From an uncultured Actinomycetes bacterium (GTDB lineage Bacteria; Actinomycetota; Thermoleophilia; UBA2241), in NCBI GenBank assembly GCA_963709345.1, contig CAVPVX010000002.1, positions 372,978 through 436,977 of the forward strand: DNA of 64,000 bases. The letters are read 5' to 3'. The translations under genes were made by a program, and so were the position numbers. Of the stretch, positions 29,300 to 42,411 are shown piece after piece. The notes beneath the pieces are model-generated. The model made no database searches. It saw nothing but the letters and a program-made list of their open reading frames with translations, and was not told the origin of the DNA. The number at the start of each line of letters is the position of its first letter. Positions within the stretch are counted from its first letter, which is position 1.

Positions 29300-31065
29300 C
29301 CCACGCCACCATCGCCGCCCCCGGCTCCCCGCCGAAGGCGCCCCCCGCAGCCGCCGGACTCGACGAGGGCCACCCGCGCAAGTGGTGGATCCTCGTCGCC
29401 GTCTCCATCGGCATGTTCATGGGGCTGCTCGACGTGACCATCGTCAACATCGCGATGCCGGCGATCATCGTCGATCTCGACACCACCGTCGCCGAGGCGT
29501 CCTGGGTGCTCAACGCCTACAGTCTCGTGCTCGCCGCCTTCTTCCTCTCGATGGGCCGCGTCGCCGACCGCTACGGTCAGAAGCGCGTCTTCCTGTTCGG
29601 TCTCGTGGCGTTCACGCTGTTCTCTCTGCTCTGCGGTCTCGCCCCAGACATCTACTGGCTGGTCGCGTTCCGCGCCGGCCAGGGTCTCGGCGGTGCCGCC
29701 CTGCTGACGATCTCGCTGGCGATCGTGCTCGGCGCCTTCCCCCGGCGCCAACAGGGCATGGCGGTGGGCATCTGGGGAGCGCTGGGCACAGCGGCGGCAG
29801 CCGTCGGCCCGTCGCTCGGTGGCGTGCTCATCGCCTATGGGCACTGGTCCTGGATCTTCTTCGTCAACGTCCCGGTGGGCATCGCGGCCTTCGCCGTCTG
29901 CTGGGTCGTCATCCCGCCGCGCATCAGGCAGGCGAGAGCCGCGGGCGGCATCGACCTCCCCGGCATCGTCATCTCGGGGGTCGGGCTGTTCCTGCTCACC
30001 CTGGGGCTGGTGCAGGGCAACGACTGGGGCTGGACCTCGCCGGCGATCATCGGTCTGCTCGTCGCGGCAGCCGTCTCATTCCCGCTGTTCATGTGGTGGG
30101 AGATCCACACGCCCTCTCCGATGTTCCCGGTCAAACTCCTCCGCATCCGCTCGTTCACAGCCGCCAACACCTCGATCATGTTCTTCGGCATGGCCATGGG
30201 CGGCACGTTTCTCATGGTGGTCATCTTCATGGTCTCGGTGCTGGGGTACTCGGAGCTGCGCGCCGCCGTGGCGCTGACGGTGATGCCGGTCATCGCCCTC
30301 GTCATCGCTCCCAACGCGGGGCGCCTCAACGACCGCATCGGGCCGCGGCTCCCGGCGGCGGCGGGAGCCGCGTTCTTCGCCGCCGGCCTGATCCTTCTCG
30401 CCCAGCTCGGAGGCGACACCACGCCCTGGGACGTCATGTGGCGAGTCGCGTTCATGGGCGTCGGAATGGGCCTCGCGATGCCGACGCTCTCCGCGGCCTC
30501 CATGGCGTCGCTACCGCCCGAGGTCCGCGGCGTCGGCTCGGGCTCTCTGAACACGATGCGCCAGGTCGGCTTCACCATCGGCGTCGCCTTGCTCGTCGCC
30601 ATCTTCACGAACACGGTGGCCGACAACGCCCAGCTCGCCACCAGGCAAGCGGTCGGCTTCATCGCGGCGCAACCGCAGCTCACTGACGCCGAGAAGGGGC
30701 GGTACACGGCGACGCTCGTCAAGAACGCCAAGGCCGCCGCGGAGAGCGGCGGCGGGGCTGCCCAGCTCACCACCGCCCCGCTGCAGGGCGCGCCGCAGCC
30801 CCCGGCGGACGACGAGGAGGCGCAGGCCCGGCAGGACCTCGGTGAGAGCATCGCGGCGATCTACCGGCACGAGATCGCCGAGTCGTTCGCGTGGCCCTTC
30901 TACGCGGCGGCGATCGCGGCACTCCTGGCGATCGCGCCGGCGCTCCTGACCGGCCGCCGCCTGGGCGAGCACGAAGGACACCACGAGATGAGCAGGGTGG
31001 AGCGTCTCCAAGCCGCCGGCCGGGACGAGGCGGCGGAGGCCGGCGCGCCGCTGATCGAGGCATGA
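29296..31065 (+). CDS. DHA2 (EmrB/QacA) MFS efflux transporter
   Basis: LDVTIVNIAMP, GRVADRYGQKR and WIFFVNVPVG; about 14 TM segments. Confidence 0.93.
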   Translation: MTHATIAAPGSPPKAPPAAAGLDEGHPRKWWILVAVSIGMFMGLLDVTIVNIAMPAIIVDLDTTVAEASWVLNAYSLVLAAFFLSMGRVADRYGQKRVFLFGLVAFTLFSLLCGLAPDIYWLVAFRAGQGLGGAALLTISLAIVLGAFPRRQQGMAVGIWGALGTAAAAVGPSLGGVLIAYGHWSWIFFVNVPVGIAAFAVCWVVIPPRIRQARAAGGIDLPGIVISGVGLFLLTLGLVQGNDWGWTSPAIIGLLVAAAVSFPLFMWWEIHTPSPMFPVKLLRIRSFTAANTSIMFFGMAMGGTFLMVVIFMVSVLGYSELRAAVALTVMPVIALVIAPNAGRLNDRIGPRLPAAAGAAFFAAGLILLAQLGGDTTPWDVMWRVAFMGVGMGLAMPTLSAASMASLPPEVRGVGSGSLNTMRQVGFTIGVALLVAIFTNTVADNAQLATRQAVGFIAAQPQLTDAEKGRYTATLVKNAKAAAESGGGAAQLTTAPLQGAPQPPADDEEAQARQDLGESIAAIYRHEIAESFAWPFYAAAIAALLAIAPALLTGRRLGEHEGHHEMSRVERLQAAGRDEAAEAGAPLIEA

Positions 31066-31730
31066 GCGGCGGCCGACGGAATGCGGCGGCCGACGGCCGC
31101 CGCGGCGGCCGACGGCCGGGCGACAGCGGCACGCGAGATGCCATCCTCGTGGCCGCGCGTGCCGACTTCGCCGAACGTGGCTACGACCACGCCACGATCC
31201 GCGCGATCGCCGCGCAAGCCGGGGTCGACCCGGCCCTCGTCATCCACTATTTCGGCTCCAAGGACGCGCTCTTCGAGGCGGCCTTGGAGCTCCCGGTCGC
31301 CCCCGGACTCATCCTCGAGCGTGCCCGCGCCGGTTGCGCCGACGAGATCGGCGCGGCTCTGACCCGCACCTTCCTGGAGGCCTGGGAACCACCGGAGACG
31401 AGGAACCAGCTTCTCGCGATGCTGCGCTCGGCGGCGACCAACGAAAGAGCCATGGGCATGATCCGCGACCTCCTCGTCCGCGAGGTCTTCGGACCGGTCA
31501 CGCGGGCGCTCGGAGTACCCGATGCCCGCCTCCGCGCCACCCTCGTCGGGTCGCAGTTCATCGGGCTCGCGATCATGCGGTACATCGGCGGCCTCGAACC
31601 CCTGGCCTCGGCGAGTATCGACGAGCTGGTCGCGGCGATCGGACCGACCGTGCAGCGTTACCTGACGGGCGACATCGGCGCCGTGAGCCCACACCGGTCG
31701 CCGTCGGACGAGGGAGCGACGAGCGCCTGA
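31062..31730 (+). CDS. TetR-family transcriptional regulator
   Basis: TRDAILVAARADFAERGY..TIRAIAAQAGVDPALVIHYFGSKDALF; ATGA overlap with the MFS gene. Confidence 0.93.
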   Translation: MSGGRRNAAADGRRGGRRPGDSGTRDAILVAARADFAERGYDHATIRAIAAQAGVDPALVIHYFGSKDALFEAALELPVAPGLILERARAGCADEIGAALTRTFLEAWEPPETRNQLLAMLRSAATNERAMGMIRDLLVREVFGPVTRALGVPDARLRATLVGSQFIGLAIMRYIGGLEPLASASIDELVAAIGPTVQRYLTGDIGAVSPHRSPSDEGATSA

Positions 31731-31740
31731 AACGTCGCCG

Positions 31741-32909
31741 TCAGATGAAGCGGGAGCGCAGCGCCGTCGCCGCCCGCAGCAGCTCGTCCGGCGACGGCTC
31801 GCGATAGCCGCCGAGCTGCCGCTCGAGCGCCGCGGCGCGGTCCGGATCAAGGCGGTCCGCCAGGTGGCGGAAGAGCCCGAGGCGGGCGCCGACGGCGAAG
31901 CGGCCCTGCTCAGCCGGCGGCAGAGCGAGGAACTCGTCCAGCATCGCAAGCAAACGCTCGCGGTCGGCGGGTAACGACCCTTCCAGGTCCGCCAACAGGT
32001 TGAGGGAGTGATCCGAGCGCAGCTCGAGGCGGGCGTCCCCGAGCGCTTCGAGCAGGTCGCGAAGCTCCTGCGCGACCTCGACGTCGTCGGGCAGCGTGAA
32101 CTCCCCGGCCGCCTCGCGCTCCGCGAGCGGCGTGCCGGGCACGACCGCCGCCGTGCGCAAGCGCACGACCAGCGGGCGCTCGGCTGGAGCCGCGGCGGCC
32201 ACCGCGCGGATGACGCGGGCGGAGCCCGCCACATGCGCAGCGGTCGCCGCCCGCCCGCCGAGCCCCGGCATCAGGTAGAAGCAGAGCTCGAGGCCGGCGC
32301 CGACCACCTTCTCGCCGGCCGCGATCAGATCGCCCCCGGTGCAGCCCTTGTCGATCGCCATCAGGACCTCGTCGGCGCCCGATTCGAGCCCCAGGTGCAC
32401 GCGCGTCAGACCAGCCTCGACCAGCAGCGCGAGCTGCGCCTCGGTGCGACGGGCAAGGGTGCTCGCGCGGCCGTACGTCGTGACTCTGTCGACCGCCGGG
32501 AACCGCTCGCGGACGCGGCGGATCACCGCGGCCAGCTTCTCAGGCTTGACCGCGCAGGGGTCGGCGTCCTGCAGAAACACGTGCCGGGCCCCGTCATTGA
32601 GGAACAAGGCGACCTGATAGGCCTCGCCTGGGAGCTCTCCCTCACGCACCGCTGCGATCCCCCGCTCCCGCAGCACGGCGGCGGCCGCGGCCATAGCATC
32701 GACGTCGGCGAGCACGTCCTCGACCGGCCGCAGGGACGACTTCGTCCCCTTGTAGACCGGGCAGAACGTGCAGCGGTTCCAGGTGCAGTTGCGGATCACG
32801 CGCACGATGAGGCTCCGCGCCTCGCTCGGCGGCCTGATGGGCCCTTGTTCGAAGCCACGGGCGGCGCCCGCGGACGTCAGCGGCGGCAAGCCGCCGGCGC
32901 CCGGAAGGC

Positions 32910-32913
<4 letters not shown>
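31741..32913 (-). CDS. Radical SAM protein
   Basis: GPIRPPSEA, CTWNRCTFC (Cx4Cx2C), VFLQDAD, HLGLESG, MPGLGG and SDHSLN; GTG overlaps the ATPase stop. Confidence 0.88.
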
Positions 32914-35654
<2,741 letters not shown>

Positions 35655-35840
35655 GCCATCCCTCCGTTCGGCTATCGGTTGCTGCGCGACGCAGGCTTCG
35701 CCGCGGATCTCGCGGCTCGCCGCATCCCGTACGACGACCGGACGGGGGTGCAAACCCTCGTCCGGCGCGCTCCAGCTTCGTTGTCTAGTCCTACCCGCGG
35801 GCGCGGAAACATCACCTGCCGAGTGGCGTCCGCTCCCGGT

Positions 35841-38387
35841 TCACTCGTAGTGGATAGCCTCCAGGATGTCGATCTTCGCCGCCCGGCGCGCCGGCAGGAT
35901 GGCGGCGATCACGCCGACGATCACGGCCAGGACCAGGAACACCAGGAGTTGCGTCCAGGGGATCGAGAACGTGATCCCCATCCCGGCGAAGCGCGTGTTC
36001 ACGACCCAGGCGAAGGCGATGCCGACGACGATCCCGAGGGCGCCGCCGATCACCGAGGTGATGACGCTCTCGTAGCGCACGGTGGCGCGGACCTGGGAGC
36101 GGGACGCGCCGATCGCGCGCACCAGCCCGATCTCACGGGTGCGCTCGTACACGGCCAGCACCAGCGTGTTGACGATCCCGAACAGCGAGATGATGACGCT
36201 CATCGCGAGCAGGCCGTACATCAGGTTCAGCAGCTGGTTCACCTGCCCGACGATGCTGTCCTTGTACTCGGCGTCGTCGCGGACCTCGACCGTGGGGATG
36301 CCCGCGAGCGCCGCCTTCAGCGCCTCCGAGTTGGCCGGCGTCGCGCCCCCGGCCATCTTGACGAACGCCATGAAGTACTGCGGCCGCGGGAACAGGGCGT
36401 CGTAGCCCTGGCGACTCACGGTGAGACCGTTGAGCATCATCGGGTCGCGGTAGATGCCCAGCACCTCAAGACGTCCCTTCTTGCCGTCGGCGGTGGTCAC
36501 GGCGACGGAGTCGCCCGTGGTGACGCCGAGGGTGTCCGCCGTCTGCTCTTCGACGACGACGCCGTCCCCGCCGAGCTGCTCGAGCAACTCGTCGCCGCCG
36601 TCGATCCAGTCGAACTGCCAGAGACGCTGGAAGGTGCCGTAGTCGATGCCGTACACCGCCGTCGCCGCCCTGTTCGGGCCGGCCTCGACCTGCTGGACGT
36701 TGAGCGCCGAGACCACCTCCGCCGTGGGCACGGCTTCGGCGCTTCGGATCGCCTCCGCCGGCAGCGGCAGGAAGTTGGCGCCGGAGAGCACGTAGTCGGC
36801 GCGCACCGTCCTGTCGTAGCTGTCCACGAACGAGCTCTTGAGGCCTTGGGCGAAGACGGCGACGAACACGACGACACCCAAGCCGATCATGAGGGCCGCG
36901 GCAGTAGCGGCCGTGCGCTCCGGGTTGCGCCGCGCGTTGTCGCGCGCCAGCCGGCCGCTGACCGCGGAGACCTTCTGCAGCGGCCACCCTATCGCGCCGG
37001 CCACCGGACGGATGAAGTACTTGCTGACCACGGCGACGGCGACGAAGATGAAGACCGCGCCGAAGGCGATCTGCCCGAGGCGTGCGGTCGTCCCGCCGTT
37101 GCCGTACATGCCGCCGAGGATGCCGAGCGCACCGAGCACCGCCGCCACCCCGGCCAGATACGGCATGAAGCGGGCGAAGCGGGACGGCGGCAGCGCCGCC
37201 CCCTCCTGGAGCGCTGCGACCGGCGGCACCCGAGTCGCGCGAAGCGCCGGGGCCACCGCAGAGAGCAACGTCACGCCGATGCCGACCACGAGCGCGACGA
37301 TGACCGTGCGCGACTCCATCACCAGCCCGCTGCGCGGGATGTCGACGCCGCCGGCCTTGAAGAGCGCATTGACGCCGCTGGCCACGCCGAGACCGGCGAG
37401 CAGCCCGACCACGGACGCGAGGACGCCCATGACGAAGGCCTCGCCGGTGATGCTCCACAGCACCTGCCGGCGCGAAGCGCCGAGCGCGCGGAGCATCGCG
37501 AACTCGCGGCGCCGCTGCGCCACCGTCATCGAGAACGCGTTGAAGATGATGAACGCGCCGACCAGCACGGCGACGCCGCCGAAGCTGAGCAGCACGGGCG
37601 TGAGGAACTGGCCGATCGCCTCGCTCACCTGCTTCGTCTGGTCGGCGGCGGCCTGCTCGCCGGTCTTCACCTCCGCATACTCCGGCACGGCGGCGCGGAT
37701 GCGCCCGGCCAGCGTCGCCGGTGAGACTCCCGGCTCGGCCTGCGCGTCGATCTCGCTGACCTTGCCGTCAAGATCGAACCAGCGCTGCGCATCGGCGAGC
37801 GTGGGATTGAGGATGAGTGAGCCTCCGAGGGACGAGGCGCTGGCGAAGGTGAAGACCCCGGACACCGTCGCGTCGTAGGCGCCGGTATCGGTGATCACCT
37901 GGAGCGGCGCGCCGACGGCGAGCTTCGCGTCGGTGGCGAGCTTCTGGATGACGCCGATCTCGCCGTCCGCCTTCGGCGGCCCGCCCTGGACGTAGGTGGT
38001 CTGGCTGATCTCGCTGGGCACGTAGCTGAAGAAGAGCGTCGGCGAGCCGCCGGTCTGCACGACCTCGCCATCCACGGCCACGGCGCCAATCCCCGAGACG
38101 TAGCCGGAAGCCGCCTTCACGCCGTCGACGGCGCGGACTTCATCGACGAGACTCTCGGGCAAAGCCTCACTCGCCGAGCTGAACTGGCTCGTGAACTCCG
38201 CCTTGCGAGTGATCGTCACATCCGTGCCCTTGAAGGCCTCGCTGAAGATCTCGTCGAAGCCGCGATTGATCTGGTCGGTCAGCACGAAGGTGCCACTGAT
38301 CATCGCGACCCCGAGGAGGATCGCGAGTGTCGTGAGGAGCGTGCGCAGCTTGTGCGCCGTCAGGCTGCGCCAGGCGATGCGGATCAT
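35841..38387 (-). CDS. FtsX/MacB-type ABC transporter permease (duplicated)
   Basis: Two FtsX domains: QRRREFAMLRALGAS and ERTREIGLVRAIGAS. Confidence 0.93.
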   Translation of the reverse strand: MIRIAWRSLTAHKLRTLLTTLAILLGVAMISGTFVLTDQINRGFDEIFSEAFKGTDVTITRKAEFTSQFSSASEALPESLVDEVRAVDGVKAASGYVSGIGAVAVDGEVVQTGGSPTLFFSYVPSEISQTTYVQGGPPKADGEIGVIQKLATDAKLAVGAPLQVITDTGAYDATVSGVFTFASASSLGGSLILNPTLADAQRWFDLDGKVSEIDAQAEPGVSPATLAGRIRAAVPEYAEVKTGEQAAADQTKQVSEAIGQFLTPVLLSFGGVAVLVGAFIIFNAFSMTVAQRRREFAMLRALGASRRQVLWSITGEAFVMGVLASVVGLLAGLGVASGVNALFKAGGVDIPRSGLVMESRTVIVALVVGIGVTLLSAVAPALRATRVPPVAALQEGAALPPSRFARFMPYLAGVAAVLGALGILGGMYGNGGTTARLGQIAFGAVFIFVAVAVVSKYFIRPVAGAIGWPLQKVSAVSGRLARDNARRNPERTAATAAALMIGLGVVVFVAVFAQGLKSSFVDSYDRTVRADYVLSGANFLPLPAEAIRSAEAVPTAEVVSALNVQQVEAGPNRAATAVYGIDYGTFQRLWQFDWIDGGDELLEQLGGDGVVVEEQTADTLGVTTGDSVAVTTADGKKGRLEVLGIYRDPMMLNGLTVSRQGYDALFPRPQYFMAFVKMAGGATPANSEALKAALAGIPTVEVRDDAEYKDSIVGQVNQLLNLMYGLLAMSVIISLFGIVNTLVLAVYERTREIGLVRAIGASRSQVRATVRYESVITSVIGGALGIVVGIAFAWVVNTRFAGMGITFSIPWTQLLVFLVLAVIVGVIAAILPARRAAKIDILEAIHYE

Positions 38388-39211
38388 CCCGTGTCCTCCA
38401 GGGACTTGATCACCTCGTAGATGTCGTCCCGTCCGAGGCGGCCGCAGTCGTGGGCGATGTGGCCGTCCTTGAGGAAGACGATGCGGTCGGCGAAGGTGGC
38501 CGCGTGGGCGTCGTGGGTGACCATGACGATGGTCTGGCCGAGCTCGTCACGCGAGCCGCGCAGAAGCTGAAGGACCTCTTCCCCGGTACGCGAGTCGAGG
38601 TTGCCGGTGGGCTCGTCGGCGAAGAGCACCGCGGGCCTGCTGGCGAGCGCCCGCGCCACCGCCACGCGCTGCTGCTGCCCGCCGCTCAGTTCGGACGGCT
38701 TGTGGGTGAGACGGTCGCCGAGCCCGACCGTGTCGATCAACTCTCTCACCCACGCCTCGTCGCCCTTGCGGCCGGCGATCGTCAGCGGCAGCATGATGTT
38801 CTCCTGCGCGTTCAGCGTCGGCAGCAGGTTGAACGTCTGGAAGATGAAGCCGATCCTGTCGCGCCGCAATTGCGTGAGCGCGCGCTCCTTGAGCGTCGTG
38901 ATCTCCTGCCCGTCGATCCACACGTTGCCGCTCGTCGGCTTGTCCAGGCCCGCGAGGATGTGCATCAGCGTCGACTTGCCCGAGCCCGACGGGCCCATGA
39001 TCGCCGTGTACGCTCCGCGCTGCAGGTCGATGCTCACGTCGTGGAGGGCGCGGACGAGAGCGTCGCCCTGGCCGTAGTCCCGGCTGATATCGCGGCCCTG
39101 GACGACGGCGTCCTCGAGCCCGACGCTCGTCCCGTCCTCGCAGGTCGCGGTGGCCGACGCGCTGTCCACGGCGGTCGCGGTCGGCGTCTCTATCTCGGTG
39201 TGATCGCTCAA
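38384..39211 (-). CDS. LolD/MacB-type ABC ATP-binding protein
   Basis: [28 protein letters not shown] and VTHD; TTG start after GAGGGGG. Confidence 0.93.
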   Translation of the reverse strand: MSDHTEIETPTATAVDSASATATCEDGTSVGLEDAVVQGRDISRDYGQGDALVRALHDVSIDLQRGAYTAIMGPSGSGKSTLMHILAGLDKPTSGNVWIDGQEITTLKERALTQLRRDRIGFIFQTFNLLPTLNAQENIMLPLTIAGRKGDEAWVRELIDTVGLGDRLTHKPSELSGGQQQRVAVARALASRPAVLFADEPTGNLDSRTGEEVLQLLRGSRDELGQTIVMVTHDAHAATFADRIVFLKDGHIAHDCGRLGRDDIYEVIKSLEDTG

Positions 39212-39362
39212 GATTCCCCCTCGGGTCTGATCGCCGCTGGCGGCGGACGGTGGCAGGCCGCGCCTCCCGGCGCGGCCTGCCACACCGCTCCTTCTCTGTA
39301 TGCCACGCACACGGACACCCGCAACCTCGCGGCAGACGCCGTGCGGCGTGAGTCCGCCTCTC

Positions 39363-40640
39363 TCAGGCCTTCTCGTCGGCCGGCGGTCCCGGATCCGCGA
39401 TCGCCTGCGGCTCCGCGCTCGGCCCCATCGCCTCCAGCGGGGTCTCGTCGACCGATCCGGGCGACTCGGCCGGCTCGGCAGGGGCATCGTCGACGACTGC
39501 GACGGTGGTGACAGACGTGGTCTCGTCCGGCTCGGCAGGCGCCTCCGTGCCCGGCGACTCCTCCGGCGGCGCCGTCAGAGCCGTCGCGACCACGTCGGTG
39601 ACCGAGGCGCCGGCGGCGACGGCCTGCCCGGCGGCCTGCTGCCGGCGGACCCGCCGCCACTCGGCAATGCCCAGCGCCGCCGCGCCGGCGCCGAACACCA
39701 TCATCGCCGTGACCAGGAGCGGCCCGGCGACAGGAATCCGCGACAGGACTGTGGTCCCGACGACGCCGAGGGTGACGGCGAGCATGAGGTTCTCTTTGCC
39801 GCCGAACCCGAGCATCACGCGCTGGGCCAGGTACGCGGCGACGCCCATCGTCGCGAAGAAGTACGCCAGCAGGACGAACAGCCCGTAGGGCAGCACGAGC
39901 AGCAGCCCGATGATGCTGATGACGAGCACGACCATCACGGCCGGGCCGATGATGAAGAAGATCAGGGATCCCCACCCGAGAGAGGCCCACGGCTTCCGCC
40001 CCAGATGCTGCTGAAGCGAGCGAAGCTGCCGCGGCATCAGCGCCGCCGCGACCAGGGCGAGCACCAGGAAGAACGCCGTCTGCACGATCCAGCCCACGAG
40101 GCTCAGGCCCCAGAAGGGATTGACGAACAGCAGACCGGCGGCCCAGCTGAGCGCCTTGCTCCAGCCGATGCCGCTGAACGCATTGGCCTGTCCGACGACC
40201 TGCGCACCCGGGTCTTGCGTGAGGGTGCCGCCGAAGAGCACGAGAGAAGCTTCGTCGGGGCTCAGGTCGCTTCCCGCGATCGCCCTCGGACCGAGCGTCA
40301 CGTCGCCGCCGAACGCCACGATCTCCCTCCCGACGGTGCCGTTGATGACGATGTCGCCGCCGAAGGCGATGACGACGTCGTTCACGGCGCCGTCGACCAG
40401 GATGTCGCCGCCGAACACGACGACCTGAGGCGCCGTCGTCCCCGCGGGGACGACGACGTCCTCGCCGAACCGGACCTCGGCGCCCTCCTGCAGCACCACC
40501 GGAGCGTCGCCCGGGGTCGGCGGCGCCGAAGCGGCGTGCGCCGGCCCGGCGAGCGCCACGCCGAGGAGGATCAGCACGATCGCCAGCGCTGCGAGCGCGA
40601 GCGCTGGCGTCAGGGTTCTCTTGACTCTCTCGTACCTCAT
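39363..40640 (-). CDS. Membrane protein with N-terminal beta-helix-like (bactofilin-like) repeats
   Basis: Signal peptide, repeated V(V/I)AFGGD(I/V)x(V/I)xG units, then several TM helices and an acidic tail. Confidence 0.7.
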   Translation of the reverse strand: MRYERVKRTLTPALALAALAIVLILLGVALAGPAHAASAPPTPGDAPVVLQEGAEVRFGEDVVVPAGTTAPQVVVFGGDILVDGAVNDVVIAFGGDIVINGTVGREIVAFGGDVTLGPRAIAGSDLSPDEASLVLFGGTLTQDPGAQVVGQANAFSGIGWSKALSWAAGLLFVNPFWGLSLVGWIVQTAFFLVLALVAAALMPRQLRSLQQHLGRKPWASLGWGSLIFFIIGPAVMVVLVISIIGLLLVLPYGLFVLLAYFFATMGVAAYLAQRVMLGFGGKENLMLAVTLGVVGTTVLSRIPVAGPLLVTAMMVFGAGAAALGIAEWRRVRRQQAAGQAVAAGASVTDVVATALTAPPEESPGTEAPAEPDETTSVTTVAVVDDAPAEPAESPGSVDETPLEAMGPSAEPQAIADPGPPADEKA

Positions 40641-40644
40641 GGTC

Positions 40645-41427
40645 TCACCTCCGCGAGCCGTCAGCTCGGCTCGATGGTCCGTTCATGCCTCGCGCGACAT
40701 CGGCGACGTCCGCTGATCCCCCGTCGGCGGGTGCAGGCTGGGGCGCGGCGGGCTGCGGCGGCGCAGAAGGAGGCGGCGGCGATGCGCCGCCGACGCTCGG
40801 GGCCGGCGCGGCCACACGGGGACCGGCGAGCATCACTTCGGCCCACCGCGCGCACACCCAGCTCCACGCGTTGATCACGTGCAGCGACACGAAGAACACC
40901 AGGACGCCCAGCAGGAAGACGACTGTCGCGAACCAGAGCGGCGGCACCCAGCTGCCGTTGACCACGGGGACGCGAACGAGCGCGAAGACCGGCATCGCCA
41001 GGAACCAGCCGACCATGAAGACCGCAGTGAAGAGCAACGTGGTCGACACGGTGCCGAACGCCAGCTTGGCGAAGAGGTAGACGAGGTCTTTCCAGGTCGA
41101 CGCGCTCCCGAAATGGGCCTTGAGCTTCCCCCATACCCCTTCGACCTTCTCCCACTCTCGTGCCGCGCCGGGCACGTCCGCGCCCAGCAGGTACTTTGCC
41201 TGGACGCGCTCGAAAGCGCCGAAGAGCCACCACGCGCCGGCGACGATGAGCAGGATGGGGATGCCAACCCAGATCACGATGAGCCCGATGCCCAGGGACA
41301 GCCCCGTGGCCAGAAAGACGAAGTAGAAGAGCCCGAGCGGGAAGGCGAGCCAATTGAACAGGATGTTGAGCCACGTCCGCGGGCGCGCCACGACGCCGAA
41401 GAAGCGGCCGAGCATCGAGTCGCGCAT
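40645..41427 (-). CDS. Stand-alone membrane 'putative sensor' domain protein
   Basis: LAFPLGLFYFV..GLSLGIGLIVIWVGIPIL..FERVQA..TWKDLVYL; next to a two-component system. Confidence 0.75.
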   Translation of the reverse strand: MRDSMLGRFFGVVARPRTWLNILFNWLAFPLGLFYFVFLATGLSLGIGLIVIWVGIPILLIVAGAWWLFGAFERVQAKYLLGADVPGAAREWEKVEGVWGKLKAHFGSASTWKDLVYLFAKLAFGTVSTTLLFTAVFMVGWFLAMPVFALVRVPVVNGSWVPPLWFATVVFLLGVLVFFVSLHVINAWSWVCARWAEVMLAGPRVAAPAPSVGGASPPPPSAPPQPAAPQPAPADGGSADVADVARGMNGPSSRADGSRR

Positions 41428-41730
41428 GGCGTCATCTCCCGTCGTCTATCGCAGTGTGCAGCCGAAGCCTAGTCGACGGGACGCGCGGCGTCGTCACCCC
41501 ATGGCGGGAATGGCAGTGGCTCGCGGTGGCATCATCACGGCAGGCGACGTACCCCCTCAGGGGTACACATGACGCACCGTGACTGTCGCGCGGGCGTGCG
41601 CCGGTGTGCGCGGAAGCGCTTGAGCCGGCGGCCGGGGTGCGCGACGGCCGGCGAAGCGAGTCGGCTCGCGCCTGCCGCCGGCCCTCGGCCGACGCTCGGC
41701 CTGCCCCGGAGGCGGTCGCCCAGGCGCCGG

Positions 41731-42411
41731 TCAGTCGGCCGGCGTCTCCCCCGGGCGCACCAGCCCCACCTCGTAGGCGAGGATCACCGCTTGGGTGCGG
41801 TCGTGCAGGCCGAGCTTGGCGAAGATCCGTTTGACGTGGGTCTTCACCGTGCCCTCACTCAGGTAGAGGTGGGCGGCGATGTCGCCGTTCGTCATGCCGC
41901 GTGCAACCAGCACGAGCACCTCGTGCTCGCGCTCCGTCAGGTCGTCGAGCTCACCCGCGTCACGCTGTGGCGCGCTCTCCGGCCGATCGCGAAAGCTCTC
42001 GATGAGTCGCTGCGTCACCGAAGGCGCCAGCAGCGCGTCACCTTCAGCGACGACGCGGATCCCGGCGACCAGGTCCTCGGCCGGAGTGCGCTTGAGGAGA
42101 AAGCCGCTGGCTCCGGCCTTGAGCGCCTCGTACACGTACTCGTCAAGATCGAACGTCGTGAGGATCACGACGCGCGAGCTGTCCTCGCGCCCCAGCGCGA
42201 CGATCTCGCGCGTCGCCTCGATGCCGTTCATCTGGGGCATCTGCACGTCCATCAGGACGACGTCGGGGTCGAGACGGCGCGTGAGCGTCACCGCCTCCCC
42301 GCCTTCGCCGGCCTCGCCGACCACCTCGATGTCCGGCTCCGCCGCCAGTATCAGCTTGAGCCCGGCGCGCACCAGCTGTTCGTCGTCGACCACCACGACC
42401 GTGATGCTCAT
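41731..42411 (-). CDS. NarL/LuxR-family response regulator
   Basis: VVDD, DVVLMDVQMP, LTTFD, GFLLK, LTEREHEVL and TVKTHV. Confidence 0.95.
   Translation of the reverse strand: MSITVVVVDDEQLVRAGLKLILAAEPDIEVVGEAGEGGEAVTLTRRLDPDVVLMDVQMPQMNGIEATREIVALGREDSSRVVILTTFDLDEYVYEALKAGASGFLLKRTPAEDLVAGIRVVAEGDALLAPSVTQRLIESFRDRPESAPQRDAGELDDLTEREHEVLVLVARGMTNGDIAAHLYLSEGTVKTHVKRIFAKLGLHDRTQAVILAYEVGLVRPGETPAD

Noticed and set aside
35660-35830. yybP-ykoY riboswitch before the P-type ATPase
   Set aside because: The context fits, but the GGGGAGUAG and GAGACC core motifs are absent.
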